Of a stretch of 64,000 nt of DNA, positions 38,950-54,074 are shown one piece after another. The stretch is from Glaucostegus cemiculus (taxonomy: Eukaryota). Below the pieces are notes generated by a model. The model worked only from the letters and a program-made list of their open reading frames with translations. It was not told the origin of the DNA and searched no databases. Numbering within the stretch: position 1 is the stretch's first letter; every line of letters begins with the position of its first letter. The DNA is taken from assembly GCA_976551045.1 (NCBI GenBank), contig CDPCPM010000344.1, positions 10,726,001 through 10,790,000 of the forward strand, read 5' to 3'. A program made the position numbers and the translations under genes.

Positions 38950-41900
38950 TGAGGCCTGTCCCAGGTCAGCCCAGGCAAATCCAGGTCAATGCCCGTCAAC
39001 ACGGGGACTAGAACACTACAGCGATTCCAAGAAGACAAATAGAGAGAAAACATTATTTAAAAAGTCCCAAAGGATCCTTGTTTTATTATTTTTATTTATT
39101 GCTGACTAACAAAGATCTGGAGGTACTTCTCCATCGACTGTTATCACTCCGGTTGAACATACCTCTCTGTTACTGATGCTGCTTAAGTGGAACAAGGGGG
39201 CAGAAGATGGTCTGGTTTGACATTGGTATATTGCACAGACCTTTTCTGGTATTGATACCTCTTCGGTTGAACAGTGCTCTCCTGTGGGCATATATGGTCT
39301 AGGACTCAAATCAATACCTCTCCAAATCTCCATTACAACCTTCTGTTCTCTGATCGTACACAAGTAACCCTCACCTAAAGCTGCCAGCAGTCCCTTCCGA
39401 TGATCATCCAGCCTAACCTGGCTTGAGCTGAAACCCTTCCATTTATTAAACATCCTATTGATTGTCAACCAATAAACAGAGACATCTCTCACAGAGCTCC
39501 AGCGGTCTCCGGATAACTCAGAATATCAATACCTCCAAATCGCATACATTCCAAACTCTATGTCAATGCAAGCTTTTATATGGTCCTTAAAGCTTGCAGT
39601 GACTGGCATATCATGACTTCCCCCACAATACGAGTGCGCGTGTGTGTGATTTTTTTCTTGTAACAGAGAAGACAGCACTATACCGTCGTTAAATAATTTA
39701 GATGGTACCAATTGTAACATAATGTATAGGGTTGTTGAAACAGTAAAAGACCAAATACAGAAAAAAGTACCCTTTATGGGCTGAATATGCACGCTGGACA
39801 GACTAACAGAATGTATTATAACAGTGTTCTGAATATTTCAGTTACAAAGAGACTACATCAAGAAGTGAATCCTAGAAGATTCTATCTGAAATACTGCTTC
39901 TAGTATAATGTAATGCACAGTACAGTTTAGCCTGTACAATGATCCTAGTGTTCATGTAATGTTGATCATGTTATCTGGACAGAAACTTGTGCTACAGATG
40001 TTAAAGATCTAGAATCCTAATTTGATTTTTTGCAGTTGTTCTTGTGCTGGAGTTACATTCTTCTTTTCATTTGTATATACATGCACATCACTACAGACCA
40101 GGCAGAGACTAACATCCAAAGGGACTCAATGATGCCAGGAATTAGTTTAAATTTAGGCCAGGTTAACTGCTGACTGTAATCTGCCAAATGAGTTTGGGTA
40201 CTGCCAACTGAATTGCTGGTGGGCAGAGCACTTAGAACAAAACGGTCCCCATTTGGCACATAGCATAAAGACAACCGATGGCTGATTAGAGATTTTAAAA
40301 AACCCTATTGCTTGATGCTGATGGTCAATAATGAAAATGGGAAGGTTTTCCATTCCTCAATAATATCCCTGTTGTAGAAGACTGCACAGTTTGTGGCCCA
40401 GGTTGATAAAATCATCAAAGTGCTGACTTTGATGCTGCTATGTTGAACTATACTTTTCCCCCTAAGATTCCAGCATATTATTTTATCATGTATACACTGC
40501 TCTATAATGTTAATCATATATTGGCTCACCTCACATTTCAAATGTTTTTTCCACAATAACAGAAGATTGGTTCCTTGGGGAGAGATCATTAAATGAACAG
40601 GCACCTTTCATAGCATGGAGCAACAATCAATCAATCCAGACAAATGCAAAACACTGACTATTATAAAAAAGGTTCCATTTACCAATTGTGGTTTAACACG
40701 TGTGGAAGTTGGATTCAGATTTGATTGCAGGATCTCTTGTGATTGAGATTAGAGCACAGGAACAGCTGTGGCAAGTATTGTGCAAGCTGAATATTTCCTG
40801 CCTCTTCCAAGGAAGGTGAGTTAGTTCTGCCTGGGGAAGAGAAACCTTTGAGGTGCCTTCATTGAAGTTTTCACAGTCTCAGTGATCAAAAAGCTGATGC
40901 TGCAAATTATTCACTACAGCACATAACTTTGTTATAATACAAACACAGGGAATAATTTTTTTTTAAAAATCAGAAAATTGGTAGTAAGGAGGAATGTCAA
41001 GTGGAACTGCTTTACTAAAAGACTATTAAAGTTGTAGAATAAATTACCGTGAAAGGCCACTGAAATGGGGCAGTATAAATAATTTTGAAGGCAATTAGAT
41101 GCGCTTGTGGTTTGCTGAAGCCAACTGCCTTTTACCTGTTCCTAAGAACGCTTTCCTTCCCTATCCCCAACATGCATCATTTTTTTTTCTTTCCTGCCTG
41201 CCCTCTCTTGTTTATTAAGGGTATAATTCTTACAGGTATGTGACACCTCTTCTTCCTGCCCAAGTGTTCATTGGTAGGATCAACTTGTATTTTGACCCTT
41301 TGCAAAAGAACACCAGTGCTGTTGCTTTAGCAGATTGCATTGAGTCATTATGGACTTATGAGACCGCATGACAAGGATATCTTACATGGTACCAACATAT
41401 TTTATAGAAAGCTTTTGCCAACATAGCACAGTAAATTTCCACCTAAAGAAGGAAAATAAGAACTTTATTTAAATAAAGATAATTTGTGTAAAATGGACAC
41501 TAAAACTGCTTTATTAGAACAAGAAAAAGGTCAAAAATCAGACTGGGTTCTCCGTCCTTCTTGCTTTCCAATTGAACACATGGAAGACACCCAAGTCAGC
41601 TCAGGATCGGGCTGCAATGTGATGCCTTCCATTGCTGAAACACCCACAAATGTCGCTGTGCAGGTTCATTAACAAAGTGATAAATTAGGCCAGGTACCAT
41701 AGGCAAGTAGGAGCCATGATGCTTTACTGCAAAGTACATCAGCACCTCCAGGAGAGATGGGAGGGAGATTAAGAACACAAGTTCTCACTCTGAAGCACGA
41801 CTGTCATCAAAGCTCAATTCCTCGACAACATATTTAAAGATAAGTTTCTGGAAAGAATGTAAGGAGCAGGGATGGATAGGAATGGTGGAGGAGTGGGGAG

Positions 41901-42245
41901 GCAGCAGTTGGCAAATGGTGATTGTTGCAAACCTGCAGCAATACCAATCGAATGGGGACAGAAAGGAGCCAGTTTCCTAACTAAAACTGGAGCCTGGAAG
42001 GGAGCAGTCTCCATTGGGAGGCTGGAGAGAAAACTGAATGGAAAATGTAGTAGCAATAGTTCTGTTCTGCTATGAATAGACCAATGAAACACTGGAAAAA
42101 AAAGTTGAAAATAGATTTGTATAGGAATGCCAGTGTAATCTAAATAATGTACAAATCCTAATATATTTGTTTAGACAGATTCTATGTGATTTTCAGTCTA
42201 CGACATTCTTAATACAGAATTAATAAATGTGATATTTGCACTCCC
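38950..42245 (+). other. Probable Wnt4 3' UTR with candidate poly(A) signals
   Basis: No recognisable transposon in ~3.3 kb after the stop codon; AATAAA at 39471-39476 and 42222-42227 among others; AU-rich elements near the stop. The end point is inferred. Confidence 0.55.
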
Positions 42246-44214
42246 TTATGAAATCAGCCTTATTCAGATGCATCTATGTTATACACGGTGAATATAAGGT
42301 ATTACCAGCTCCTGGTATGATGAGGTCCCAGTGCCGAACAAAAATAAAGCACTAATTGCATTTATGTTTGACAAGCAAATATTTCATTATCAGGTATGTT
42401 ACTTCCTTGTATCATTCAAATAAAATTAGTATAAGTGCAGTTTGAGTCATGTGGTGCAATATTACTACCGATGGAAAGTGAGGGGAAAGAAGACAATCGG
42501 CAGCACATCTTTCTCTGTACCTGTAACTACAGCTTCAGTGAAAACCCCTGTCAAACTTGTCAGTGCTCTGTTAAAACTGTGTTTTAATAGAGGGGCTTCT
42601 GTGTTAGTGCAGGTGCTGGGAACGCCCAGCCTCCAAACCAATCTCTTGCTTTCCAATAAGTACAGTGACATTAAGCTTCATAGCTGTGGATCAGAATTAC
42701 ATGGCAAAAGGTTGTTGCAAAGTACACAAATTATTTCAACCATCATGATTTACATTGTAAACTTAAAATGACACCTCCTAATCTGAAACAAAGATGGTCC
42801 AAAATCTTACCCAGAGCTGCTATATCATCAGACTTATACAGTAAAGTTAAAAAGAATGCAAGTTGAATTTAACTCTCACAACCAGTGGCTACACTTTTTG
42901 CAGAGGAAAGTGACCAGCCTCACCTCAGGTTTGAAGTAGCTCCAAGGTAACACGTATGGCAATGGAAGTCAGAACCTCGACTTCAGGGTCAGCAAGCACC
43001 TCAATCAGACTGTCCACATTATCCCAGCTAAGTCACTGAAGGAAACAGGAAGGTCAGTTAGTCATTGAAGGTGGAATTATCCTCCAGTCCACCGAGGATA
43101 CACTGCAGACCGTTACCAGTTCGCTACAATCACAGGTTACAAATTTTTATTAAGGACCCCCAAACAATAATCCTGCACCCACTTGGTGTTCCCAATATCT
43201 TGATTCTTCCAAATTGGTATTGTTATTGGTTCATTATCGGTAAACTGTGCCTATGCATGCTGATATGAGAATGTGCATTCCATACAAACAACTATTCTAC
43301 CCATTTAAGATGGTGAGCAATTTTTATGCCTATTCGATTAACCAAAACACAATCTGGTCTTTACTGTATAGGATATTCCACATGCTTAATCTTAGTACAA
43401 TATTTACATATGGTCAGCTTGCATTCTAGCAACATACATGGAGCTTCATAAAATAGATAACCCATGGATGAGTCTTTGCTCTGTAACAGTCCCAATTAAC
43501 ATAATTTTAGAACACTATTTTTATGGAATTTATCTATGAAAAGAATTTTAAGAAGCTCTTGGAGAGCTTATTTTAAAATTTTAAAGAGCAGATGAAAAAT
43601 CAGAGAGAAGATACATCACCATCAACCAACCTGTCACAACTATGAACTCCCTGTACTTTGCCCACCTTTTCCTCACAATAGTCACAGTACATGTAACCGA
43701 GCCTCAGAATCAGCAAGATTTACAGTTCAGGATAAGAACAGAAAGTGAAGTTTGGTCAGGTGGAAGTAGCTCAAAGCATAGAGAAAGCTTTGAAATTGGA
43801 AAGTAATGAAAAAAAATCAGGGGATAAAAACTAGATATAAATTGTAATCTAAATACATGGACTGAAATGAAGAAAAAAATGTGAATGTACCAGTGAATAC
43901 TGGTTAAAGCTTGTTGCTTTAATTATCTTATATACACAAACTTTAGAATTCTTGGTTTGTTACTGATTTGTTCAACTGTTTATAATCATGCATATAATAT
44001 AAACCACCTCAATCCCTTGATGTATTTGAGTTTAAAGTAACCCCATGCATTCCTTCTCATTTTACTACCTTGTAAGAAATTCCCAGCTCACTATTATTTA
44101 TTATAATGCATATCCATTAGTAACTTGTAATGTACTTAACTACTTATTATCCAATAGATCATACATGGAAAAGAATTATAACTTGTTGAAGCAGCGAGAT
44201 TGCTACAAGTGACC

Positions 44215-44790
44215 CTTAGGGAGGAGTTGAACTAGCTTGGAAGGGGGATGGGAACCGAAGCACTGATTCTGAAATAAGAGAGGTTAAGTTGGAAATGGAA
44301 GGCAGGGAATTAGTCAGCGAGTTTGGAAGGCAAAGGAACCAAAGGTTAGAAAAAAGAAAACAGAGGAGTTTGGCAGCACTTAATAGTATATATTCCCCTG
44401 AGTCCTTGCAGTGAAGCAAGGCAGATGAATTGATGGTACCATCAGACACATGGATATATACTATTCGACCTTATAAAATTGCAGGAATGGCAATTCAGAG
44501 TTCCTCGTTACAGAGTTGTAGACAAAACAGAAAGGGGGATGAAAGGGGCAAGGGGTGCAAAATTTGTTTAAAATTAACTACAGCTGTCAGGAGGGATGAC
44601 ATGCTGCATGGATCAACAAATGAGGTTGTGTGGAGTTAACTGAAAAACAAAAAAAAGGACAACTGCTAGTATACTGCAGACCCTTAGAGGGGAGGATAGC
44701 AGACCAAATATGCAGCTAAACACAATAGAGCAGGATGAGGAGAATATTTCTTCTATTCTAATCATAATTGAGGTAGAATCAGTGTAGACA
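44215..44790 (+). mobile_element. Decayed CR1 5'/endonuclease region
   Basis: Residual TAVRRDDML.GSTNEVVW..LKNKK motif typical of CR1 apurinic endonuclease. Confidence 0.55.
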
Positions 44791-44799
44791 TATATTCTC

Positions 44800-45960
44800 T
44801 CCTAGCCAGTTGTTTAGGGTCAAGAACGACTTGCTTCTACTCCAGTTCTGGGGATCCGAAGTCACTGATGTGGAAGCCACAATGGAGCAGGAGGTGCTTG
44901 TACAACAGGTGGTTTAGCAACTGGTGTACTCCTTTTGTCCTTTACATTAATCCTCTGTGTTCTCTCAATGAACCAATTTGAGGTTCTCAATGTCGTTTCG
45001 AATGCTCTTTCTCCACTTTGAACAGTCAGGGATACCCGGTGGGGAAGTTGCACTTTTTCCAAGGAGGCTTTAAGGACATCCTTGAATTGTTTTCTTTGTT
45101 CACCTGTTAATCTCTTGCTATGATTGAGGTTGGAACAGAGTATTTGTTTCTGGAGTTTGATATCAGCTGTGTGAGCAATGTGCCCTGCACATCTGAGTGT
45201 AATTACTGGCCTGTTGGCCTGGTTCAGGGTGCTGACACTGGTTCACATTCGCTGCCAGTGGATTTGGAAGTTTCTGTGGAGGCAGCATTGGTGGAATTAC
45301 TGCCATGCTTTGAGATGTCTGCTGTCGGCTATCTCAGAAGTTTACAGGAGGGTTGGTAGCACTGTTGCCCAAATGCGAGGTCTTGATCTTCAAATACTCT
45401 AATCAGAAGTCCATGCTGGTACCTTTAGGTGATGGTGAACTTCATCATCCATGTCTGCCTTTGTTGAGAGGTGGCTTCCAGAACATGGAAACGGATCTAC
45501 GTTTTCCAGAGTCTTATTGTGACCTTTAGTGGCAGAGGGCAGAGTTGTACAACAGAAGACCTCACTTTTGCAAATGTTAAGTGCAAGCTGCTTCCCTCAA
45601 ATGCTTCAGTGGATGAGTAGACATTCCAAGAATGGAGTTTCTGACCCAAGGATGCCTTGCATTTGCAGTTACTTAGCTCTTGGATCTCCTGGTCATTTTT
45701 CTAAAACCAATCCTAGCATTTTCTGGCAGAGAAGAAGTGTTCACAGGTACTATATGTTGAGGACGTCAGAGCAGTCTAGATGCTATGAACACTCTGCAGG
45801 TTGAAGGTTGTCATGTTGTCTGAGGACAGCTATCTTTGCAAAGTCTTTGAGACCTTAAATACTGATATTCTAATGGCAAATTTCCACTGCTGCCTTTGTT
45901 TTGGGCTCAGACTGATGGAGATAACAGAGCCAATGAGGTGCCAGTCAGTCCAACTGTATT
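44800..45960 (-). mobile_element. Decayed RTE-clade LINE
   Basis: Minus strand reads KRLTGEQRKQFKDVLKASLEK (~45055-45120) and LENVDPFPCSGSHLSTKADMDDE (~45440-45510), both RTE ORF2-like. Confidence 0.75.
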
Positions 45961-46149
45961 GCCACAGGTGGCACAGGTGACATTCTCTCACTCATTATAT
46001 ATATCTGGACATCCAATTACATAACACTTTGTTTTTTCCCAAAAAATATGCAACTAAAAATCATTTTTCTGAAGCGAAATATAATAATCGCTTTAATTGT
46101 TTTGTGTCACACGACAAAAAATTGGCTCAATATGCTCCCACAAAGGAAA

Positions 46150-47180
46150 AGGATGAGACTCAAAAGGTGAAGTCCCCTGGATATCAAGAAGTGCTTATGA
46201 TTGGGTAGGGTATGAAAGGGAAACTCATTTCAGAATGGAAGATCACAATAATCAGAAAGCCTAGAAGAATAAAGAAAGTGCCAGAGTGAAAGTGTGTGCA
46301 AAAATATTAGCAGGTAAAGTCAAGAAAACCCCGAAGATGTTTTAAGTACATAGAGTAAGCAAAAGTAAGGGAAAAGTTATAGTTTATGATAGTCCAAAAG
46401 ATAATCACTGTGCAGTGGCTTAAGACTTGGGTATAGTGACTTTACTAGCTGCACTAAAAGGGACCACATAGAGTTAGACCACACTTAAGGAGAAGTGTTA
46501 AGTATTGAATGAGATAAACCCAGAACAGAAATACTAAGAGTTTATCACCTTCAAAAGTAGATAACTCACCCATCCTGCTGAAATGTATCCAGACAGTTAA
46601 GAGCAGCAAGGGAGGGAATGACTGGCCATTATTTTCCATTCCACTCTGACTACAGGCATGGTGTTGGAGGACTGGATGATTGAGAATGTGATTCCATCAT
46701 TTAAAAGGGAAGAAGGGGATAGACTGAAGTCAGTCAGTCTAACAGAAGTGATGTGAAAATTACTGAAACAGAGTAAATTACCATTCAGAAAGCTGAAGAT
46801 TAATCAAGGATTAATAAGAGAAGATCATGTATGACTAATAATTATCTTTATTGAGAAGGTAAAGTCTCTGGGGGTGGGATTTGGAAATGGTCAATGAGGG
46901 CAACACATTTGGTGTAATCTACCTGGAATTTGGTTAGAATTTTGGTAAGGTTCCAAGAGACAGTCAGATCAATAAAGTGAAAGTTTATAGTTTCCAAAGA
47001 AAGGCAGAAAGTTGTGTCCAAGATTAGATCACTGTTGAGTAGTGTCAATGGATGTTTTAGTGACTGGAGGATTGTTAGGAATGGAGTAGTACAGGGCTCT
47101 TTGCTCAATCCCTTGGTTTTTGTGGTCTGTATCAATTATTTAGACACAAATATAGAAGCCATGATTAAAAAGTTCTCTGC
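46150..47180 (+). mobile_element. Decayed CR1 RT region
   Basis: EDWMIENVIPSFKR (~46670) and DWRIVRNGVVQGSLLNPLVFVVCINYLD (ORF 47014-47223). Confidence 0.8.
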
Positions 47181-50100
47181 CTCAATTAATCCCTGCATCA
47201 AAGTACTCCATGCTCCCTTATAACCTACTAAGTGAAGCAACTTGCCCTCATCTCAGCCCAGTTTGATATCCAATGACCCTTAAGGCAATGAAGATATAAA
47301 TGGACTTCATTCCTCTCTCAACCAATTCAATAAACAAAAAAAAATCTTACTATTGCTGTTTATGGTTTATTATTTTGGCAAATATGTTTGTCTGACTTTG
47401 ATTGAGCAATAGCCTTTAAAGAGTCGCACTGCATATGGAGAATCCTGGAATCTTCAGTAAATAGAGGTAAACCTCCAGGATACTACTGCAAACAACCCAA
47501 GAGAAATTGATAAGAGTGTAGAAAATACTAGGCTAGAAATGCAACAGTGCCCAAAAAATTATATTAAAGCAATACTGCAGCAAAATTCTACAACTGATGA
47601 AGCCCAAGATGTTGTAATAGAACATGCCTTATACACTTTCTCCAAACAAAGCCCTTTCCTCACTTAGTGGAGGAGTAGGGGAAGGAGGGCAGGGTGTGTG
47701 GAGCTATGGTAGCAATATTGCACTGCATGAAAGAAACTATCGATTACTGTGATCTTTAAAAAAATTGAACAGGTTTTATTTATTGGTTATAAGAAATAAT
47801 GGAAATGGGAAAGAGGTGCCTAGAAATATTGGTGCTCCCCAAACGACATTGAGGGGAGCAACATTGGTGGGCGAACAACAGTGCTGCTTGTTGTAGACCC
47901 AGTGCAAACTTCAGATATGTCCAGAAGGCAACCTTGGCAAATAGCAAAAGGGCATTGCTTAATTTAATTTAGAGATCAAACTGTGATGCCAGCTTCTCCA
48001 TTTTGAGGCCAGGTTCATTCCGGATGGAGGTGTTGGGGGAGAATTGGAGAATGCTGGATTGGGAGCTGACATGATGGTGTCTGGGAGACACAAGACCATG
48101 GCATAGTGGATCCAGATCAGGGGTTCTGGCTTGGAACTTGAACAACCATGGGCAGAGTGAGGAATTGACCAGTTCAGGGGATCAGGTGTTGAAACTCAGG
48201 CAGTGGCGGTGTTAGGTAGGTGTAACTGGAGAATGGAAGGGAAGATCATGAGGGGCATTAGTGCAGTGTGATGAGATTACTGCAAGCATTTGATTTACCA
48301 AGCAGACCTATCATCAAACCACAGACCCTCTGAAGACAAAGTGATTTATGCTCCCCTGCAATACTACAAAAAACTATCACCTCAAGAGACACCTGCTGAA
48401 GGTGCCTGGACACATTTCCAGATCCACAGAAAACATCTCTGAAACACTTGCCATTGCATTTCACTCTGGAAAAAGTTATTTCATTTGCAGACACTAAATA
48501 AAAACAGCATTATGGTAATTGAATATTAAGGCAAGGCTCTCTCACCAACAATCAACAATCATCCAATCCGATCAAAGTGTGTTTGTTTTCCAGTTAGCAT
48601 GAGAAGACATGCTATGGTGAAGACTGATGTGTCAAGCAGCTAGTGACTGAAGCATGATTGCAGAATAGTTGAATATGAAAGGACATGTCCAACCTAATCT
48701 TCAAGAACAAGGTTTATCAAAAATGGCAATCCTAGCTCTGCACAAAATCCTTACAGGTGGCAGTGCTTTTTTTAAAGAAAAGATCTATTAAAACACCACA
48801 TAAATACAGATAAATACACGATGGCCCAAATTTTACTGGCCTGGGCCCAATACCCACAATTACCCCATGCCCAAACATACTTTGTTCAAATGCAGAGGGT
48901 GTGAGGCATCCCAGACTCCAACAACAGCCCTGAGCTGCAGCAGAGTCTCTGACGGTAAATCAAAGCTCTGGCCTCAGAACACTGAAGGCTTTAACGACTG
49001 GCAAAGTCACGCCCCCAGCTTTGCCAGCAGTCAATGCTGTCAGAAGCATTAGATGCTACTGAATATCTCTGACATTTAGATACATTTTAAAACATTTTAT
49101 TAAATAAATGTTAAAATTTAAAAATGGGACTTTTAAATAATGAGAAAGAAAATGAAACACAAATATTAAAAGAAGGAACTTATCTCCTTAACTTTCTTTT
49201 CTGGGGTTATGGGGCCCTGGGTTGTACTGGTGCAAGATCTGACAGGCAATGTTCCATCCAAAATGCTGGGAAATAATCAGCAAGATTCAACTCTGCTCCC
49301 TGCACTGTGGGAAGATTGTATTGACACATAAAATGCTAACTACTGAAGAGTAAGTTTATGACTTCCAGGTTTGACTATGCATGAGTTTAAAAGGACAAGT
49401 GCCAGCAATTCCATTCGGAACCACTGGCAGCAAAGTATGTGCCAATATACACACACTCCCTCTCTCACACACAAGCAAACACTTGCCAAAATAACAGTTA
49501 TTGCTGTCTGGTTATAACAAGGAAATGGAAATAACTTATTTTATGTAAATGGGCCCCTGAGCTAACCATATTCTAAACTTCATTGAGTGTGCAGCTTTGA
49601 ATGCTATTTAGCAGAGTTTATCTAAAATATAAAACTCTAATGTTTGCACGCTAAAATCTAATGGCCTCACAAATGCAGACCTTTATAATAAAAGGTGCAA
49701 ATCAATGACTGCTTTCCTATCATCAGAAATTTCTGCTATTTTTACTATTATTACATATGTATTCAATAACTCTGTAAGTCAGACAATAGGTTTATTTGCC
49801 AAGGAAGACTAAATGGCTCAAGCACCAAGCCTGAAGCACAGATGTGAAGTGCTTCCGGCCACACTGTAGGAACACAGGTCCTGCTGACAGCATAGGGGCT
49901 GCTTGACAATAGGAATGTCTGTTACCTTGTCACCAAATGCAAGGGACTATCACCAGGACGATCCATCAGGACTGTGTTATGACAGGGTTCTAAATAGGAA
50001 GGTAATCATTTTCAGAGCAGCAGGTGGACAGTCCAACAGTGCTTGGTAGCCCGTTTAGAGGGTACAAGGCAATGTATTTATCAGATATGCAGTCGTATGC

Positions 50101-50261
50101 AAGGATGATGTGTACATGAAGAAAAATGTAGTTATGCTAAGGCTCAGTTTTAAAGAGGCTACCGGATGCTTGTTTCTTAACATATTTATTGCTGAGAACA
50201 TGCTCCCAACGTATTAGGAATCACCCACTCCGATGATGGGTGAGCTATCAATAATACCCAT

Positions 50262-50500
50262 GTCAAGTCAAGTCGAGTTTATTGTCCTGTGGACGAGTAC
50301 GGTGAGGTAGAGTAATATGAAAAGTTTGCTTGCAGCAGCATCACAGGCACGTAGCTGCAGACAACACACAGAACATGAATTATGAATAAAATTATGCCAT
50401 ACAATGAAAAAAAAGACTATGCAAAAGCAAGACCTCAGTGCAAAATGAAAACAAAGACATGATCAAAGACAAGTACATGGTAGTGCAAAAGATGGTCTTA
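50262..50500 (-). mobile_element. Rex1-type LINE 3' tail fragment
   Basis: caagtcaagtcgagtttattgtc...tgaaaagtttgcttgcagcagcatcacaggc; same architecture as the 22216 tail. Confidence 0.55.
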
Positions 50501-53500
50501 CCCCCTGTAAGTCTCTCAATAAACCCCTCTGCCTTACCACCTCCAAATTATCTTCAAAACCTCTCAAAATCTATTTCTTCAATCAAGCTTTTAGTCATCA
50601 ATGCCTTTAGTCATTAGTCCTCATTGCCAGACACTTCTTTTGACAAGCATACCAGAATGTTCTTTAAGCAAAATACATGTTTTGTGTTCCAGTCGAATTC
50701 ATGGATTATTTAATCCCACCCTTTCTGGAGAGGTGAATTAAGGGATAAATTGTGTATTTAGTGACATATTCTGAAAAATAAACAGTTTCTGCAAAGTTTA
50801 TCCAGTGACATGTCAAAGAATTATGAGCCAAAAGAGCCACAGTTGAATAGTGTACTAGGATATTCACCCACTTGCTCTGTTATTGTCCTCCCAGCCAACT
50901 GTTAGTCAACACTGCACCTCCACCTTTTAGGCAGGAAGGACTTTGAGGCACCTCCATGGATAACGTTAAGAATCAAAATTGTCGATGGTCATTTTTCCTT
51001 TCTTAACTCCGCTAAAAGACAACAACACTGCCTGGCATGGGTCTGATCACTGAAGACTTCTCTCTTAAAACCAGATCTGTATATAATTAGCTGATCTTAT
51101 CTGGAGCAGCAGTTGCTCCAAGTGCCTTCCATTCCCTGAATCAGGGGAGAGAAAAGATCTTTCACTAGTCTCAATTCTAATTATTGTCCAGTTATTTGTG
51201 CTGGAATGTGTACATGTACTCGATCAGATTCCAGTTCAGTAATGATTCTTTGCAGAGATGGACAACCTGATAACACTAACTACAGAGGCATGTATTTGAA
51301 GGGCAGCCACATGATTAAGGTGCTAAGTGGCCACTGAGTTGTGCATCCACAAGAGTGAGGACATTAGGAAACTAAGCTGGGTGAACCACCTCACCACTGA
51401 ACCTTGAGCTCGATAAAGACCGCTGTCAATATTCACCCTAATTCAGAGATGAGCAAATTTGACTGAGGGTCAGCCTGGAGCTTAATGCCATGTAGGATGC
51501 CAGTCAGTTTGTTAACCTGGCAGTCAATATCTCTCATAGATTAAAAAAAAACTTAATAGATTGATATGCGAGTTACTCCAAGATTTCTTTTAGCCAGGGT
51601 GACTGAGGTTAAAGTATGACCCCCTAGAGATGTGCCAAGGGTATTGGTCTAATGAGGACAGTGAAAAAAGTTGGAATTTTTTTAATTCCCCGTGCTTGCT
51701 GTTGCTTGCATTCTTCAGGGTTATTAAGTATGAAAATGTTAGTATTATTTGACATTGTTGTGACAGTGTGTGCTGAACACTCTGGGTTTCCAGGTGGGTG
51801 AAAGAATTTCAGCAATTTTACAATTTGTAGAATTAACAGCTTTCAGCAGCTATTTACTACAAGTACTTGTTGACAAGTGATACTCACGAATAATGCAGCA
51901 TGTCAGGATCTGCATGGGGGTTAGGTATTCTGCTACAGTCTCCAGTCAGCTAGACACAAAACTGACAAGGTGATGCAGAACTGAATGGTATCGCATAAAC
52001 AAACTGTAAATCAAACTTACACGGCCTAGTGGGTAAAGCACTGTCTAAAGTAGTAATAAGACATACAAGCCTCGACTGTCCACAGTGTTGTCCCCATTAT
52101 GGATGGAGTTAACTGATTTCATTGTGGTGAGGGAGGTAATCCATTGAAATAAGCAGCCCAGGTCTGCGAGAAGTGGATAAAAAAAGGAGGGCCAGAATTC
52201 CAAAGCTTTTGGAAATGAATGTCCCCTACAAAGTGAACGTCTATGGATGTGGTCAGTAGAGGACCCATCTCCTGGCTTAGCTGACATTAGAGGAATGGCT
52301 ATTTGGTTCCCGAGGAGTTTTACCACTGTTGTTTTGATGCTTTCAGAAGCAGTGGTTTATGGGGCAAATAGGTGGGGTATTGAACATGATCAGAGATCCA
52401 TCACCACCATTAAGAGATTCCAAGCAATGCCTTCTTCGCATTATATACTCCCTTAGATATCCTCCCACAAATCTGGATGATTTCTAGATGTTTGTGAACC
52501 AATATGGGGCATTTTTTCATGTTAAGTGTTCTGTAACCCTAAGTTGTTGCTACTGCTGCTAATGTTCCATCAATGTGAGCTGTTCTCTGGTACTTCATTC
52601 AACAAGCCAATGTTTAAATCCAGAACCGTACAAACACCTCCCACTCCAGCACACTTTCTGGTTCCACCAATTACTCTGTGATCTGCAACAGGAACAATCT
52701 GCTCCCCCCAGACAAATGGAACTGAGGGCATTTGTAGTACCTTGTCTTAGACTAGCAAACACATTACAGCTATAAACTATTGCCGGTCTGTACAGCCTAG
52801 TAGCACACCACACAGCGCTACGCCCACTAGACCATTGGGGAAACTATGTTTGGTTGGGACATTTTCCATATTTCATCAGCCAGAATAACCAAGCATCCCA
52901 CCAGTACCAAGTTACAACTCATTATGCTTGTGAATTCCTGCGTCAATGTTATGATTTTTTTCCCAAAATTCCAAAATAGTCCTAAAACAAGGTGTGAATG
53001 AATTAACAGGAAGTTTAGGTTGTGGAATACAATGAATAATATCTGTAAAGAATGTGAAGGTTGGCAAAAAGATATTGGCTAGGAATCAAACAAATGGGCT
53101 TTGATGGTAATGTAAACTATGAGAGAGTTCTTTAATTTAATTGTACTTTATAGCAGCTATTGGGGATATTTTAAGACTTAAGCGAAACTGGCATTTTCAT
53201 TGTAATGTTTAGACGGCGTGTGGTAAATGTCAACATTTGTGACATTTGTTGTAAAATTTCATTCTACTTACAAAACTAATAAATTTACAGTAGAATCAAA
53301 AGCAGATTCAACCGATTTCCATTTGGTTTGGACAAAACTACAAGACTTTAAAATGTTTCCTTCTTAAAACAAGGTTACTCAATGCCTGTTGAGATGCAGT
53401 ACTGTACATATCACACAGCATTAAAAAGGAAAACTGCAAGTACTTCAGGCCTGAAACAGCTCTAAACAGGTTTGTTCATTTTCAACTTGCAGTTCTGACA

Positions 53501-54074
53501 AAGAGTCGAGACCCAAATTGTTAATCTGTCTTTTCTGATTTTCATGAGCTGGCTGTCTACCTTCAGTTGAGGTATTAAAACAATTGTGTATATTTAAATA
53601 GCACAGTGCATCGGCTGCCATAAGCCCAAAGTATGCGGAGATAAAGATTGTTTTGTATCTGATGCCTGAAGACTGTGCAGCAAACTGCAATTTGTTGGGT
53701 TATCAACATTCTTCTCTTTACTCTGGCCATCTTAGAAGAGTATGGATACAGTAGAACTAACATATTTTGGATCTCATCCAGCTGCAGGTGCATTCCAGCT
53801 TTATTCACTCACACCAGCACATACCACACAAGTGTACGGTCCTTGTTAGGTTCGGGGGGGAAGACGAGTGTACCATTAACAGTAACAAATGCAAGCAAGG
53901 GAACTACTTATTGTCATAGTAGAAACTCCAAGGAGATGCTATCACGACTGACAATTAAGTAGCACTTTTAATGTAATAACTCCACACAACAGGGCTCATT
54001 TGTAGATGTTTCTCTTGAGAACCATTGTAAATATGAACTTTCTATGAATTCTGGCAACTCTGGAGTTTCTTTAT

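Noticed and set aside
38693-39109. 138-aa overlapping ORF across the Wnt4 stop
   Set aside because: Shifted-frame shadow of exon 5 with no recognisable homology.
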